From positions 1-49,491 of the forward strand of contig JABEUU010000169.1 of NCBI GenBank assembly GCA_013044295.1: 49,491 nt of DNA, given 5' to 3'. The stretch comes from Candidatus Dormiibacterota bacterium (GTDB lineage Bacteria > Chloroflexota > Dormibacteria > Aeolococcales > Bog-877). The first letter of the stretch is position 1, and every line of letters begins with the position of its first letter. Below are positions 9,461-18,546 of the stretch, piece by piece. The position numbers and the translations under genes are program-made. The notes beneath the pieces were generated by a model. It did no database searches and was not told the origin of the DNA. It worked only from the letters and a program-made list of their open reading frames with translations.

Positions 9461-9593
9461 CGCGAACCGGCCAAGGCTGGTGACCAGTCGTCGCCAGCTT
9501 GGGTTCCGACCGAGACTCGGCCGGCCGGGACAGGCAGAGCCTGCGCCTGCCGTGGGACGTCCAGGGGACCCCCCAGCGCTCGCCCAGGGCAGG

Positions 9594-10835
9594 TCATGCG
9601 GGCACGGCCAATCGATCCAAGCTGGCCTCGAAGGCGGCCAGCTTGGGGGCCAGCGCGGGTTCGAATGGGAGATCCGCCACCAAAGCGTCGGTGGTCTTCA
9701 GTCCATTCCCTGTGATGCAGAGCACGGTGGTCTCGCCCCTCTTGATGCGGCCGTCTCGGATCAGCTTGCCGGCGGCAGCCACGGTGACTCCGGCCGCGGT
9801 CTCTCCGAACACTCCCTCGGTCTCGGCCAGCATCCTGATCCCTCTGATTATCTCGTCGTCGGTGGCGTCCTCGGCAAACCCGTCACTGGCGGCGATGACC
9901 TGCAACGCCCGGTATCCATCCGCGGGGTTGCCGATGGCCAGCGAATGGCAGATCGTGGCCGGTTGCTGGGGCACGATCTCGAGCACCCCCTGTTGGGCCG
10001 CGGTGGTGATGGGCGAGCAGCCGGCGGCCTGAGCCCCGAAGATCCGCACCGGGCTCTGCGGCACCAGGCCCAGCTCCACCAGCTCGGAGAAGCCCTTGGC
10101 GATCCTGGTGATCTGGGCGCCTCCGGCCATCGGCACCACCACGTTGTCGGGAAGCCTCCATCCCAGCTGTTCGGCGATCTCGTAGGCGACTGTCTTAGAG
10201 CCCTCGGCATAGTAGTTGCGCAAGTTGACGTTGACCAGGCCCCAGCGCCTGGTTTCGGCGATCTCGGCGCAAAGCCGGTTCACCTGGTCGTAGGTGCCGT
10301 CGACACGGACCAGGTGAGCTCCGTAGACCGCGGTCGCCAGCAGCTTGGCCGGCTCCAGGTCCGAGGGCACGAAGATCCAAGCTTCCAGCCCCAGCCGAGC
10401 CGCCTGGGCTGCCACCGAGTTGGCCAGGTTGCCGGTGGAGGCACATCCCACCACTTCGAATCCGAAGGCTCTGGCCTGCGCGAGCGCGACCGCAACCACC
10501 CGGTCCTTGAAGGAGAGTGTGGGAAAGCACACCGAGTCATTCTTGAGATAGAGGCCATCGACTCCCAGCCGCCGGGCCAGCGTGGGCGCCGCCAGCAGCG
10601 GCGTGAAGCCCACCGGAAGCCCGGATCGGTGTTCGGCCGCGACCGGTAGCAGTTCAGCGTAGCGCCAGATGTTCTGAGGCCGACTCTCGATCGTGGCACG
10701 GTCGATCAGGCGCCCGATTGAGCTCAGGTCGTAGCTCATCTCCAGGGGGCTGAAGCACTCCTCACAGATGGTGAGCGGACCGTTGCCGAAGTAACGTCGA
10801 CATTGGGGGCACTGCAGTTGAAAAAGTTGGCTCAT
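9594..10835 (-). CDS. thrC: Threonine synthase (paralog 2)
   Basis: ATG at 10835 (MSQLFQLQCPQC) after a GAGGAG RBS; GFTPLL, FPTLSFKDR, CASTGNLANS, NLRNYYAEGSKT, SLAIGNPADG, ITGNGLKT. Confidence 0.85.
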   Translation of the reverse strand: MSQLFQLQCPQCRRYFGNGPLTICEECFSPLEMSYDLSSIGRLIDRATIESRPQNIWRYAELLPVAAEHRSGLPVGFTPLLAAPTLARRLGVDGLYLKNDSVCFPTLSFKDRVVAVALAQARAFGFEVVGCASTGNLANSVAAQAARLGLEAWIFVPSDLEPAKLLATAVYGAHLVRVDGTYDQVNRLCAEIAETRRWGLVNVNLRNYYAEGSKTVAYEIAEQLGWRLPDNVVVPMAGGAQITRIAKGFSELVELGLVPQSPVRIFGAQAAGCSPITTAAQQGVLEIVPQQPATICHSLAIGNPADGYRALQVIAASDGFAEDATDDEIIRGIRMLAETEGVFGETAAGVTVAAAGKLIRDGRIKRGETTVLCITGNGLKTTDALVADLPFEPALAPKLAAFEASLDRLAVPA

Positions 10836-10941
10836 GGCCTTGATGGCTCCTCTGATCTGACAGGTGGATTTCGATCCGTTCCGCTGGGTGCGCAAACTGG
10901 GGCGCACCGGGAAGTCGATCGGGGGAGCTAGCGCCAGCGCG

Positions 10942-11103
10942 CTAGAGCCTGAGTAGCGTGTCCCCCGTGGCACGCTGACGCATTCGGCTGCTGGTCACCG
11001 TCGGCCGCGCGCTCATGGCTTGTGAGCGGGCCGAACCGGAGCCATGGCCAAGCGCAAGGGAGGTCTGCGAAGAGACGGCTCCCGACAGCGTTACCCATTC
11101 CAC
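10942..11103 (-). promoter_or_regulatory. Putative leader peptide (uORF)/attenuator of the thr operon
   Basis: TAAAGT -10-like hexamer (11112-11117) 8 nt before GTG 11103; 53-aa ORF (24 aa from ATG 11016) with 6 Thr codons, ending ATGDTLLRL*; the stop overlaps a TAGCGC/GCGCTA hairpin; GGGGGA/TCCCCC alternative pairing. Confidence 0.45.
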
Positions 11104-11184
11104 GGTTGCACACTTTACCGCACCAGCACCGATTTTGGCGCGGGCCGGCAGCACCGGTGCCATTCCTGGCAAACTCAAGGCATT

Positions 11185-12246
11185 GTGAGGACCATCCGCG
11201 TCGGGGTGTTGGGGGCCACTGGGGCAGTCGGGCAGCGCCTGGTGGCGATGCTGGAGCGCCACCCCTGGTTCCGTCTGGCCGAAGTGGTCGCATCCGACCG
11301 CTCGGCCGGAAGGCCGTACTCGGCCGCGGCCGGCTGGCGGCTGGAGTCGCCCCTGCCGGAGGCTGCTCGCGAGCTGGTCGTGAAGGACCTGGATGACGAG
11401 TTGGAGTGCGACCTCCTGCTCTCGGCCCTGGACTCTTCGGTGGCGGGAGCGGCCGAGGAGATGTATGCCAGGGCCGGCTTCCCGGTGATCAGCAACAGCC
11501 GCAACCATCGCATGGACGATGACGTCCCTCTGCTGATCCCTGAGGTCAATTGGGAGCACTCGGCGGCAATTCCCGGGCAGCGGCAGCGGCGCGGCTTCGG
11601 GGCCGGCTTCATGGTCACCAATCCCAACTGTTCGACGATTGGCCTGGTGATGGCGCTCAAGCCTCTTCAGGATGCTTTCGGGCTGGCGGCGGTCCAGGTG
11701 GTCACGATGCAGGCCATCTCCGGGGCCGGGCTGGACGGGGTTTCGGCCGGGGCCATCCAGGACAACGTCATCCCCTACATTGGGGGCGAGGAGGAGAAGC
11801 TCGAAGCCGAGCCTCTGAAGATCTTGGGCGCCTTCGACGGGTCCGGATTTGTGGCTGCCGAGATGACCGTGAGCGCTCAGTGCAACCGGGTGCCGGTGCT
11901 GGATGGGCACACCGAGTCCGTCTCCGTGCGGCTGGCCAGGCCGGCATCCCAGGGGGAGGTGGAGGACGCCCTTCGCGGCTTCACTTCCGAGCCGCAACGG
12001 CTCGGTTTGCCCAGCGCCCCATCCCGGCCCATCCTCCTCAGTCCCGAACCTGACCGGCCGCAGCCTCGACTGGACCGCAACGCCGGCTCGGGCATGGCGG
12101 TGGTGGTCGGTCGGGTACGCCCCTGCCCGGTGCAGGACTGGAAGTTCACTGTGCTCTCCCACAACATGGTGCGCGGAGCAGCCGGAGCGGCTCTCCTGAA
12201 CGCCGAACTCCTGGCTGCCAAGGGATTCATAACCGCGCCCGCTTGA
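11185..12246 (+). CDS. asd: Aspartate-semialdehyde dehydrogenase
   Basis: VGVLGATGAVGQ, DVPLLIPEVN, catalytic NPNCST, MQAISGAG, CNRVPVLDGH, SHNMVRGAAG; probable GTG start at 11185. Confidence 0.95.
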   Translation: MRTIRVGVLGATGAVGQRLVAMLERHPWFRLAEVVASDRSAGRPYSAAAGWRLESPLPEAARELVVKDLDDELECDLLLSALDSSVAGAAEEMYARAGFPVISNSRNHRMDDDVPLLIPEVNWEHSAAIPGQRQRRGFGAGFMVTNPNCSTIGLVMALKPLQDAFGLAAVQVVTMQAISGAGLDGVSAGAIQDNVIPYIGGEEEKLEAEPLKILGAFDGSGFVAAEMTVSAQCNRVPVLDGHTESVSVRLARPASQGEVEDALRGFTSEPQRLGLPSAPSRPILLSPEPDRPQPRLDRNAGSGMAVVVGRVRPCPVQDWKFTVLSHNMVRGAAGAALLNAELLAAKGFITAPA

Positions 12247-12321
12247 GGGCTCCGCGGCCCCAGCGGCCACGGCCCCGAGGGAGCGTGCCACCAGGAGCCC
12301 CGCTTCCGGAACCGTGCCGGA

Positions 12322-13095
12322 CTAAGTCAGCTCAGCTACCAGGGGGGCGTGGTCGCTGGGGCGCGTCCCGCTCCTTTCCTCTCGATCCACCCAAACCCGG
12401 TCGAGCCGTGTGGCCAGATCCGGGGCCGCCAGCAGGAGGTCGATCCGCATTCCCAGGCCACGGCGGAAGAAACCCTGCCGATAGTCCCAGAATGTGAACC
12501 CGGGTTGGCCGGATTCCCGGCGGGCAAGATCCTCCAGCCCGGTCGCCAGGATGGCGTCGAGGGCATCCCTTTCCGGCTGGCTGACGTGGGTGGCGCCGGC
12601 GAAGGCGGCAGGGTCGTAGACATCCCGGTCGCTCGGCGCGACGTTGAAGTCTCCGCCGAGCAGGCTCAGCGGGTGGCCGGCGGCCCGGTCATCCAGCAGC
12701 CGTTTCCGCATCGCCGCCATCCAGCGCAGCTTGTAGTCGAAGTAGGGGTGGCCGACCTCCCTGCCGTTGGGGACGTAGACGCTGGCCACTCGCGTCCCGT
12801 CGCAGCTGGCCGTCAGATAGCGGGCCTCAGCCATCCCGTTGGGGGCAAGCACGTCGAGGCCAGTGGCGACCCCGACCGGGTTCTGCCGTGACACGATAGC
12901 GACCCCGTTCCACCTGCCCTCTCCGTGATGAGCGCTAAAGTACCCCAACTCGGCGAACGAGGCGCTTGGGAAGGCCTGGTTGGCGCATTTGGTCTCCTGC
13001 AAGAGCAGGATGTCGGGGTCACGCCTCCGAATCCAGTCCAGCACCCGCGGCAGTCGTGCCGCCAGCGAGTTGACGTTCCAGCTGGCGACCCGCAT
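12322..13095 (-). CDS. xth: Exodeoxyribonuclease III
   Basis: MRVASWNVNS, LQETK, NGVAIVS, SVYVPNG, GDFNVAP, FTFWDYR, GMRIDLLL, PSDHAP. Confidence 0.93.
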   Translation of the reverse strand: MRVASWNVNSLAARLPRVLDWIRRRDPDILLLQETKCANQAFPSASFAELGYFSAHHGEGRWNGVAIVSRQNPVGVATGLDVLAPNGMAEARYLTASCDGTRVASVYVPNGREVGHPYFDYKLRWMAAMRKRLLDDRAAGHPLSLLGGDFNVAPSDRDVYDPAAFAGATHVSQPERDALDAILATGLEDLARRESGQPGFTFWDYRQGFFRRGLGMRIDLLLAAPDLATRLDRVWVDREERSGTRPSDHAPLVAELT

Positions 13096-13367
13096 GCACC
13101 GCATCATAGATGCCAGGGCCGCCTCGCCTGGGCCTCTGCAGAAGCGCAGGAAACGACCAGCCCACCTCTCATTCTCCGACCGGAGAAGGTGCCCAGATGA
13201 ATTCTAGGGAGGTCCCTCAGCCGCTCGCCTGCCGTCCATAGGCGGCACCGCTCCCGGTCACCGACCCCTGGCGATTGCGCCGCCCGGCCGACCCTCCTTG
13301 GCGGAGCGGCCCACTTCCAGCAGTCACCATTGCGTCAAGCAGGACTGCTCTTGGCCGGAGGCCGGGC

Positions 13368-15218
13368 TCAGCTGACGGCGCTCAGGGCCTCCCCGGCGAA
13401 CTGCTCGAAGTAGAGCTTGGCGTAGGCACCCTCCTGAGCCAGCAGCTGGGCGTGGGTGCCGCGCTCGATGATCCGACCGTGATCGAGCACCAAGATCAGG
13501 TCGGCGGCCAGGATGGTGGACAGCCGGTGGGCGATGGCGATCGTGGTGCGGCCCTCCATCAGCTGTTCCAACGCCCCCTGGACCTCGCGTTCGCTGTGCG
13601 TATCGAGGGCGCTGGTGGCCTCATCGAGGATCAGCACCTTGGGGTCCTTCAGGATGGCCCGGGCCAGCGCCACCCGCTGTTTCTCCCCTCCGCTCAGGCG
13701 GTAGCCACGCTCTCCGCTCAGGGTGTCGTAACCCTGGGGCAGCTCGGAGATGCGTTCGTGGATCGAGGCGGCCCTAGCAGCCTCGATCAGCTCAGCGTCG
13801 GTGGCATCGTGCTTGCCGACCAGCAGGTTCTCCCGAATCGTGCCATGGAAGAGGAAAGTCTCCTGGGTCACCACCGCGACCGCGTCGCGAATAGTCTCCT
13901 GGGTGAGGTCTCGCAGGTCGTGTCCGTCGAGGGTGACTCGGCCCTCGTCGACGTCGTACAACCTGGCCGCGAGATAGGTGAGCGTGCTCTTGCCGGCTCC
14001 GCTGTGGCCCACCAGCGCCACCAGCTGGCCGGGCTCCGCGCGAAAGCTGACCGAGTTGACCGCCGGGGTCTCGTTGTCAGGCTCATAGCGGAATGTGACT
14101 CCCTCGAAAGCGATCTCGCCCCGGATCCTCTGGGCGGGAACGCTGAGCGCCCCTGGACGGTCGGCGATCTCAACCTTCTCGTCCAGATACTGGAAGATGC
14201 GGTCGAACAGAGCCAGGGCCCCCTGCAACTCGACCTGGACGTTGAGCAGCTGCCCGATGGGGAAGAAGAGCTGGGACTGGAATGTGGTGAAGGCGACCAG
14301 AGTTCCCACCGAGGTGCCGCCGCTGCGACCGGCGTGCAGGAACAGGCCCGCGACCAGATAGACCAGGGCGGGCAGGATTGAGAAGAAGGTGGAGATGAAC
14401 CCGAAGAACCAGCGCCCCACCATCTGCTGGCGGATCATCAGGTTGGTCAGCCGCCCGGTCTCGTTCACGTAGCGCTGGTGGGTGACCTTCTCGCGCCCAT
14501 ACACCTTGCTGAGCAGGATTCCGCTGACGGACAGGGTCTCCTCGGCGATCGCGGAGAGGTCGGCCAGGGTCGCTTGGGTGTCCGAGCTGACCTTCCGTCG
14601 GACCTGGCCCACCCTGGTCGTCACCACCAGGAACACCGGCATCATCGCGACCGAGATCAGGGTCAGCTGCCAGCTCAGAACCGCCATCCCGGTCAGGGTG
14701 GCGGCGGTTCTGGTCAGGTTGGACACGATGCTGGTGGCGGTGTTGGTGATCACCGAATCCACCCCGCCGACATCGTTGTTCAGCCGGGACTGGATCTCTC
14801 CGGTGCGGGTTCTGGTGAAGAAGCGCAGCGGCAGGCTCTGCAGGTGGGAGTAGAGCGCGACCCGCAGGTCCTGCATCATCCGCTGGCCAACCACCGCGTT
14901 GAGGTAGGTCTGCCAAACTCCCAGGCCGGTGCTTATCACCGGGGTGATCACCATGATGCCCACGAAGATCAGCAGCATGCGGGTCTTGTGCTCCAAGATC
15001 CCCTGATCGATGATCAGCTTGAGCATCACCGGGTTGACGATGCCGAGGCCCGCCACCAGCACCAGGATGGCCAGCACCCCCGCCACCTTCCCCTTGTAGG
15101 GTCCAAACAGCTTGACCACCCGCAGCAGGGTGCTCCGGCTGATCGGGGTCTTGGCCTCCGGCTCGGAATAGCTCCGCATCATCCGGTGGGCTCCTCCACC
15201 GCCCATGTGCATCCCCAT
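13368..15218 (-). CDS. ABC exporter half-transporter (TMD+NBD, MdlB/MsbA-like)
   Basis: Multiple TM segments; Walker A GHSGAGKS, signature LSGGEKQR, Walker B ILDEATSALD, AHRLST; start uncertain (ATG 15218 chosen). Confidence 0.92.
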   Translation of the reverse strand: MGMHMGGGGAHRMMRSYSEPEAKTPISRSTLLRVVKLFGPYKGKVAGVLAILVLVAGLGIVNPVMLKLIIDQGILEHKTRMLLIFVGIMVITPVISTGLGVWQTYLNAVVGQRMMQDLRVALYSHLQSLPLRFFTRTRTGEIQSRLNNDVGGVDSVITNTATSIVSNLTRTAATLTGMAVLSWQLTLISVAMMPVFLVVTTRVGQVRRKVSSDTQATLADLSAIAEETLSVSGILLSKVYGREKVTHQRYVNETGRLTNLMIRQQMVGRWFFGFISTFFSILPALVYLVAGLFLHAGRSGGTSVGTLVAFTTFQSQLFFPIGQLLNVQVELQGALALFDRIFQYLDEKVEIADRPGALSVPAQRIRGEIAFEGVTFRYEPDNETPAVNSVSFRAEPGQLVALVGHSGAGKSTLTYLAARLYDVDEGRVTLDGHDLRDLTQETIRDAVAVVTQETFLFHGTIRENLLVGKHDATDAELIEAARAASIHERISELPQGYDTLSGERGYRLSGGEKQRVALARAILKDPKVLILDEATSALDTHSEREVQGALEQLMEGRTTIAIAHRLSTILAADLILVLDHGRIIERGTHAQLLAQEGAYAKLYFEQFAGEALSAVS

Positions 15219-15381
15219 TCGGGTGAGGTTTCCCCCATTGAATCTCGGCCAAACCACCGGCGGGCGGGTGCCAGCCCACGGCGCCCGCTGCGGTTCGATC
15301 TTAGCCTGTGATCGAACCAGGGCCCTAACTCGATGCTCGTACACTCAGATGGACAGAGCTGGGGTTAGGAGGCATTCATCG

Positions 15382-18081
15382 ATGGCCAAGACCGCGATCA
15401 AGACGCATCCCACGGCCAGCCGCAAGCCGGCTCCGAAGTTCGTCTACGACTTCGAAGAGGGGGGTGCCGACATGCGGGCACTCCTGGGCGGCAAGGGAGC
15501 TGGAGTCGCTGAGATGACCAAGGCGGGCATGCCAGTCCCTCCCGGATTCACCATCACCACCCAGGCCTGCCTCACCTACCTTCGCTCGGGAGGATTCGCC
15601 GCGGGCATGCTGGAGGAGGTCAGGCAGCACCTCGGCGGCCTGGAGGAGCGAGCCGGCAAGCGCCTTGGTGATCGGGCCAACCCGCTGCTGGTGTCGGTGC
15701 GCTCGGGAGCCGCCTTCTCCATGCCGGGGATGATGGACACGGTCCTCAACCTGGGCCTGAACCGCGAGACCCTGGAGGGGCTGGCCCAGCGCACCGGGGA
15801 CCGTCGCTTCGCGCTGGACGCCTACCGCCGGTTCATTCAGATGTACGGCCGGATAGTCCTCGGGATCGAGGCCGAGCTGTTCGATGCCGAGCTCGAGCAG
15901 GCCAAGAAGAGTGCCAAGGTCAGCAGCGACGCGGAGCTTTCTCCAGCGCTGCTGGAGAAGCTCTCCGACCGCTTCCTGGCGATCGTGGAAGAGCACACCA
16001 AGGAACCTTTCCCGGAGGACCCCTGGGACCAGTTGACCAGGGCCATCGCGGCTGTCTTCGATTCCTGGAACGGCCGCCGCGCAATCGCCTATCGCGAGTT
16101 CAACCACATCCCCAATGACCTGGGCACGGCGGTCAACATCCAGGCGATGGTGTTCGGCAACATGGGCAGTGACTCCGGCACCGGAGTCGCCTTCACGAGG
16201 GATCCCGCCACTGGGGAGCGCCGCATCTTCGGCGAGTACCTGCTCAACGCCCAAGGCGAGGACGTGGTAGCGGGGATCCGGACTCCGCAGCCGATCGACA
16301 CCTTGGAGCGAGACCTGCCGGATGTCTACCGTAGTTTTGCTGACATTGCGGAACGCCTGGAGCGGCACTACCGCGATGTCCAGGACATGGAATTCACGAT
16401 CGAGCAAGGCCGCCTCTACATGCTCCAGACCAGGACCGCCAAGCGCACCGCGGCCGCCGCCGTCAAGATCGCGGTCGACATGGTGGCGGAGAAGCTAATC
16501 AGCAAAGAGGAGGCGTTGGGGCGGGTCGAGCCGGATCAGGTTGACCATCTCCTGCACCGGGCCATTGACCCCAAGGCTCAAGTCCGGGTGCTGGCAACTG
16601 GGCTCGCGGCTTCGCCCGGGGCGGCTACCGGGGCCGCGGTCTTCGACGCCGATCGCGCCGAGGAGATGGCCAAGGCTGGCAAGAAGGTAATCCTGGTCAG
16701 GATCGAGACCAATCCCGATGACGTGCACGGCCTGATCGCGGCGGAGGGTGTGCTGACCTCGAGGGGTGGCCGCACCTCGCATGCCGCAGTGGTTGCCCGG
16801 GGCATGGGCAAGCCCTGTGTGGCCGGCACCGAGGCGCTCAAGATCGACTTGAACAAGCGCCGCTTCGAGGCGTCCGGGGTGGTGGTGAAGGAGGGCGATG
16901 TCTTCACCATTGACGGCAGCACCGGTCGGGTGATCCAGGGCGTCGTGGCCACCATCGAAGCGGGCGTCTCTGGAGACCTGGAGAAGCTGCTGAAGCTGGC
17001 GGACTCGGTGCGCCGGCTCCGGATCTACGCCAATGCCGACACCCCGGAGGACGCCCGGCGTGCCCGCCTCTTTGGGGCCCAGGGGATAGGGCTGTGCCGA
17101 ACCGAGCACATGTTCATGCAGCAGGACCGCCTGCCGTACGTCCAGGAGATGATCCTGGCTCAGGAGATCGGAGACCGGCAGGCGGCGCTGGCCAAGCTGC
17201 TGCCCTTCCAGCGCGCCGATTTCATCGGCATCCTGGAAGCCATGAAGGGACTGCCGGTGATCATCCGGCTGATCGACCCGCCGCTGCACGAGTTCCTGCC
17301 CAACCACGATGAGCTGCTGGTGGAGGTCACCCAGCTCAGAGACTCCAAGAAGGCGGGGAAGAAGCTGGCCCGAGCCGAGCGGATGCTGGCCGCGGTCGAG
17401 GAACTGCGCGAGCAGAATCCCATGCTCGGTTTGCGCGGATGCCGGTTGGGACTGCTCCACCCCGAGATCATCGAGATGCAGGTCAGGGCGATCGCCGAGG
17501 CGACGTCCGAGCTGCGCCGGCAGCGGGTCAAGGCCGTGCCCGAGATCATGGTGCCGCTGGTGGGGGCGGCCGAGGAGCTGCGCCGATCTCGGGAGACCAT
17601 CGAGGCCACTCTGAAGTCGGTGGCTCGGGAGCAGGGCGTCCGCTTCGACATCAAGATCGGAACCATGATCGAGGTGCCCAGGGCCGCTCTCACCGCCGCC
17701 AAGGTGGCGGAGTACGCCCAGTTCTTCTCCTTTGGAACCAACGACCTGACCCAGATGACCTACGGCGTCTCCCGCGATGACGCCGAGGGCAGCTTCCTGC
17801 GTCAGTACGTCACCGACGGCATCCTGCCATCCAATCCCTTCGAGCACCTCGACCCCGACGGGGTCGGCAGGCTGATGGGATTCGCGGTCAAGGAGGGGAG
17901 GGCGACCACCCCCGACCTGGAGATCGGCATCTGCGGCGAGCACGGTGGCGACGCCCAGTCGATCGCGGTCTGCGACAAGTTGGGGTTGGATTACGTCTCC
18001 TGCTCGCCGTTCCGGGTTCCCGGGGCGCGCTTGGCAGCAGCCCAGGCACGGTTGGCGGGCGGTGCCGCCAAGGACGTCTGA
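15382..18081 (+). CDS. ppdK: Pyruvate, phosphate dikinase
   Basis: LLGGKGAG, VPPGFTITT, SVRSGAAFSMPGMMDTVLNLG, phospho-His GGRTSHAAVVARG, GLCRTEHM, FSFGTNDLTQ, GICGEHGG; AGGAGG RBS at 15367-15372. Confidence 0.97.
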   Translation: MAKTAIKTHPTASRKPAPKFVYDFEEGGADMRALLGGKGAGVAEMTKAGMPVPPGFTITTQACLTYLRSGGFAAGMLEEVRQHLGGLEERAGKRLGDRANPLLVSVRSGAAFSMPGMMDTVLNLGLNRETLEGLAQRTGDRRFALDAYRRFIQMYGRIVLGIEAELFDAELEQAKKSAKVSSDAELSPALLEKLSDRFLAIVEEHTKEPFPEDPWDQLTRAIAAVFDSWNGRRAIAYREFNHIPNDLGTAVNIQAMVFGNMGSDSGTGVAFTRDPATGERRIFGEYLLNAQGEDVVAGIRTPQPIDTLERDLPDVYRSFADIAERLERHYRDVQDMEFTIEQGRLYMLQTRTAKRTAAAAVKIAVDMVAEKLISKEEALGRVEPDQVDHLLHRAIDPKAQVRVLATGLAASPGAATGAAVFDADRAEEMAKAGKKVILVRIETNPDDVHGLIAAEGVLTSRGGRTSHAAVVARGMGKPCVAGTEALKIDLNKRRFEASGVVVKEGDVFTIDGSTGRVIQGVVATIEAGVSGDLEKLLKLADSVRRLRIYANADTPEDARRARLFGAQGIGLCRTEHMFMQQDRLPYVQEMILAQEIGDRQAALAKLLPFQRADFIGILEAMKGLPVIIRLIDPPLHEFLPNHDELLVEVTQLRDSKKAGKKLARAERMLAAVEELREQNPMLGLRGCRLGLLHPEIIEMQVRAIAEATSELRRQRVKAVPEIMVPLVGAAEELRRSRETIEATLKSVAREQGVRFDIKIGTMIEVPRAALTAAKVAEYAQFFSFGTNDLTQMTYGVSRDDAEGSFLRQYVTDGILPSNPFEHLDPDGVGRLMGFAVKEGRATTPDLEIGICGEHGGDAQSIAVCDKLGLDYVSCSPFRVPGARLAAAQARLAGGAAKDV

Positions 18082-18090
18082 CCCAGATCC

Positions 18091-18546
18091 TCAGGGTTGG
18101 TTTGTGGCCCGTCCGGGACGGCCGTCCGGAAGCACGTAGAGCCGGACGGTCGATCGGGCGACCGGGCCTGGCACGCCCGACGCCTGGTCCGAGATGACCA
18201 CGTTCCAGACCTGGGTGCTCCGCCCTGGGTGGATTGGGTCGGCGGTCACCGTGACCTCGCCGTCGGAGATTGCCCTCAGGAAGCTCGTGTGGTTCTCGAT
18301 CCCGGCCACCTGCTTGGAGGTGTTGAGACTGGCTCCGATCGAGGCGGCGGTCTCAGCCAGGGCCGCCCACACACCCCCATGCACGATCGCGTTCGGCTGG
18401 AGGTGCCGCGGCTCAATCCGTAGCTTGAGCACAACCTGCTGCCCGGAGGCGGCCACGATCTCGGTCCCCAGCTCCCCGTCAAAACCGATTGTGATCCGGC
18501 CCGCGGCCAGAGCGGCGCGGAGATCACCTGATCGGGCCGCGCTCAC
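18091..18546 (-). CDS. PaaI/hotdog-fold thioesterase
   Basis: HLQPNAIVHGGVWAALAETAASIGA, GIENHTSFLR, HPGRSTQVW; overlaps the ALDH stop. Confidence 0.88.
   Translation of the reverse strand: MSAARSGDLRAALAAGRITIGFDGELGTEIVAASGQQVVLKLRIEPRHLQPNAIVHGGVWAALAETAASIGASLNTSKQVAGIENHTSFLRAISDGEVTVTADPIHPGRSTQVWNVVISDQASGVPGPVARSTVRLYVLPDGRPGRATNQP

Noticed and set aside
10836-11184. SAM or lysine riboswitch upstream of thrC/asd
   Set aside because: No recognisable consensus (e.g. SAM-I ATCNAGAG...GCAACC...GTGC in the right order and spacing); a uORF fits better
13275-17943. Long antisense ORFs over the ABC transporter and ppdK (similar ones over adnA, dnaE2, thrC and asd)
   Set aside because: Stop-poor shadow frames expected at high GC, opposite well-supported genes
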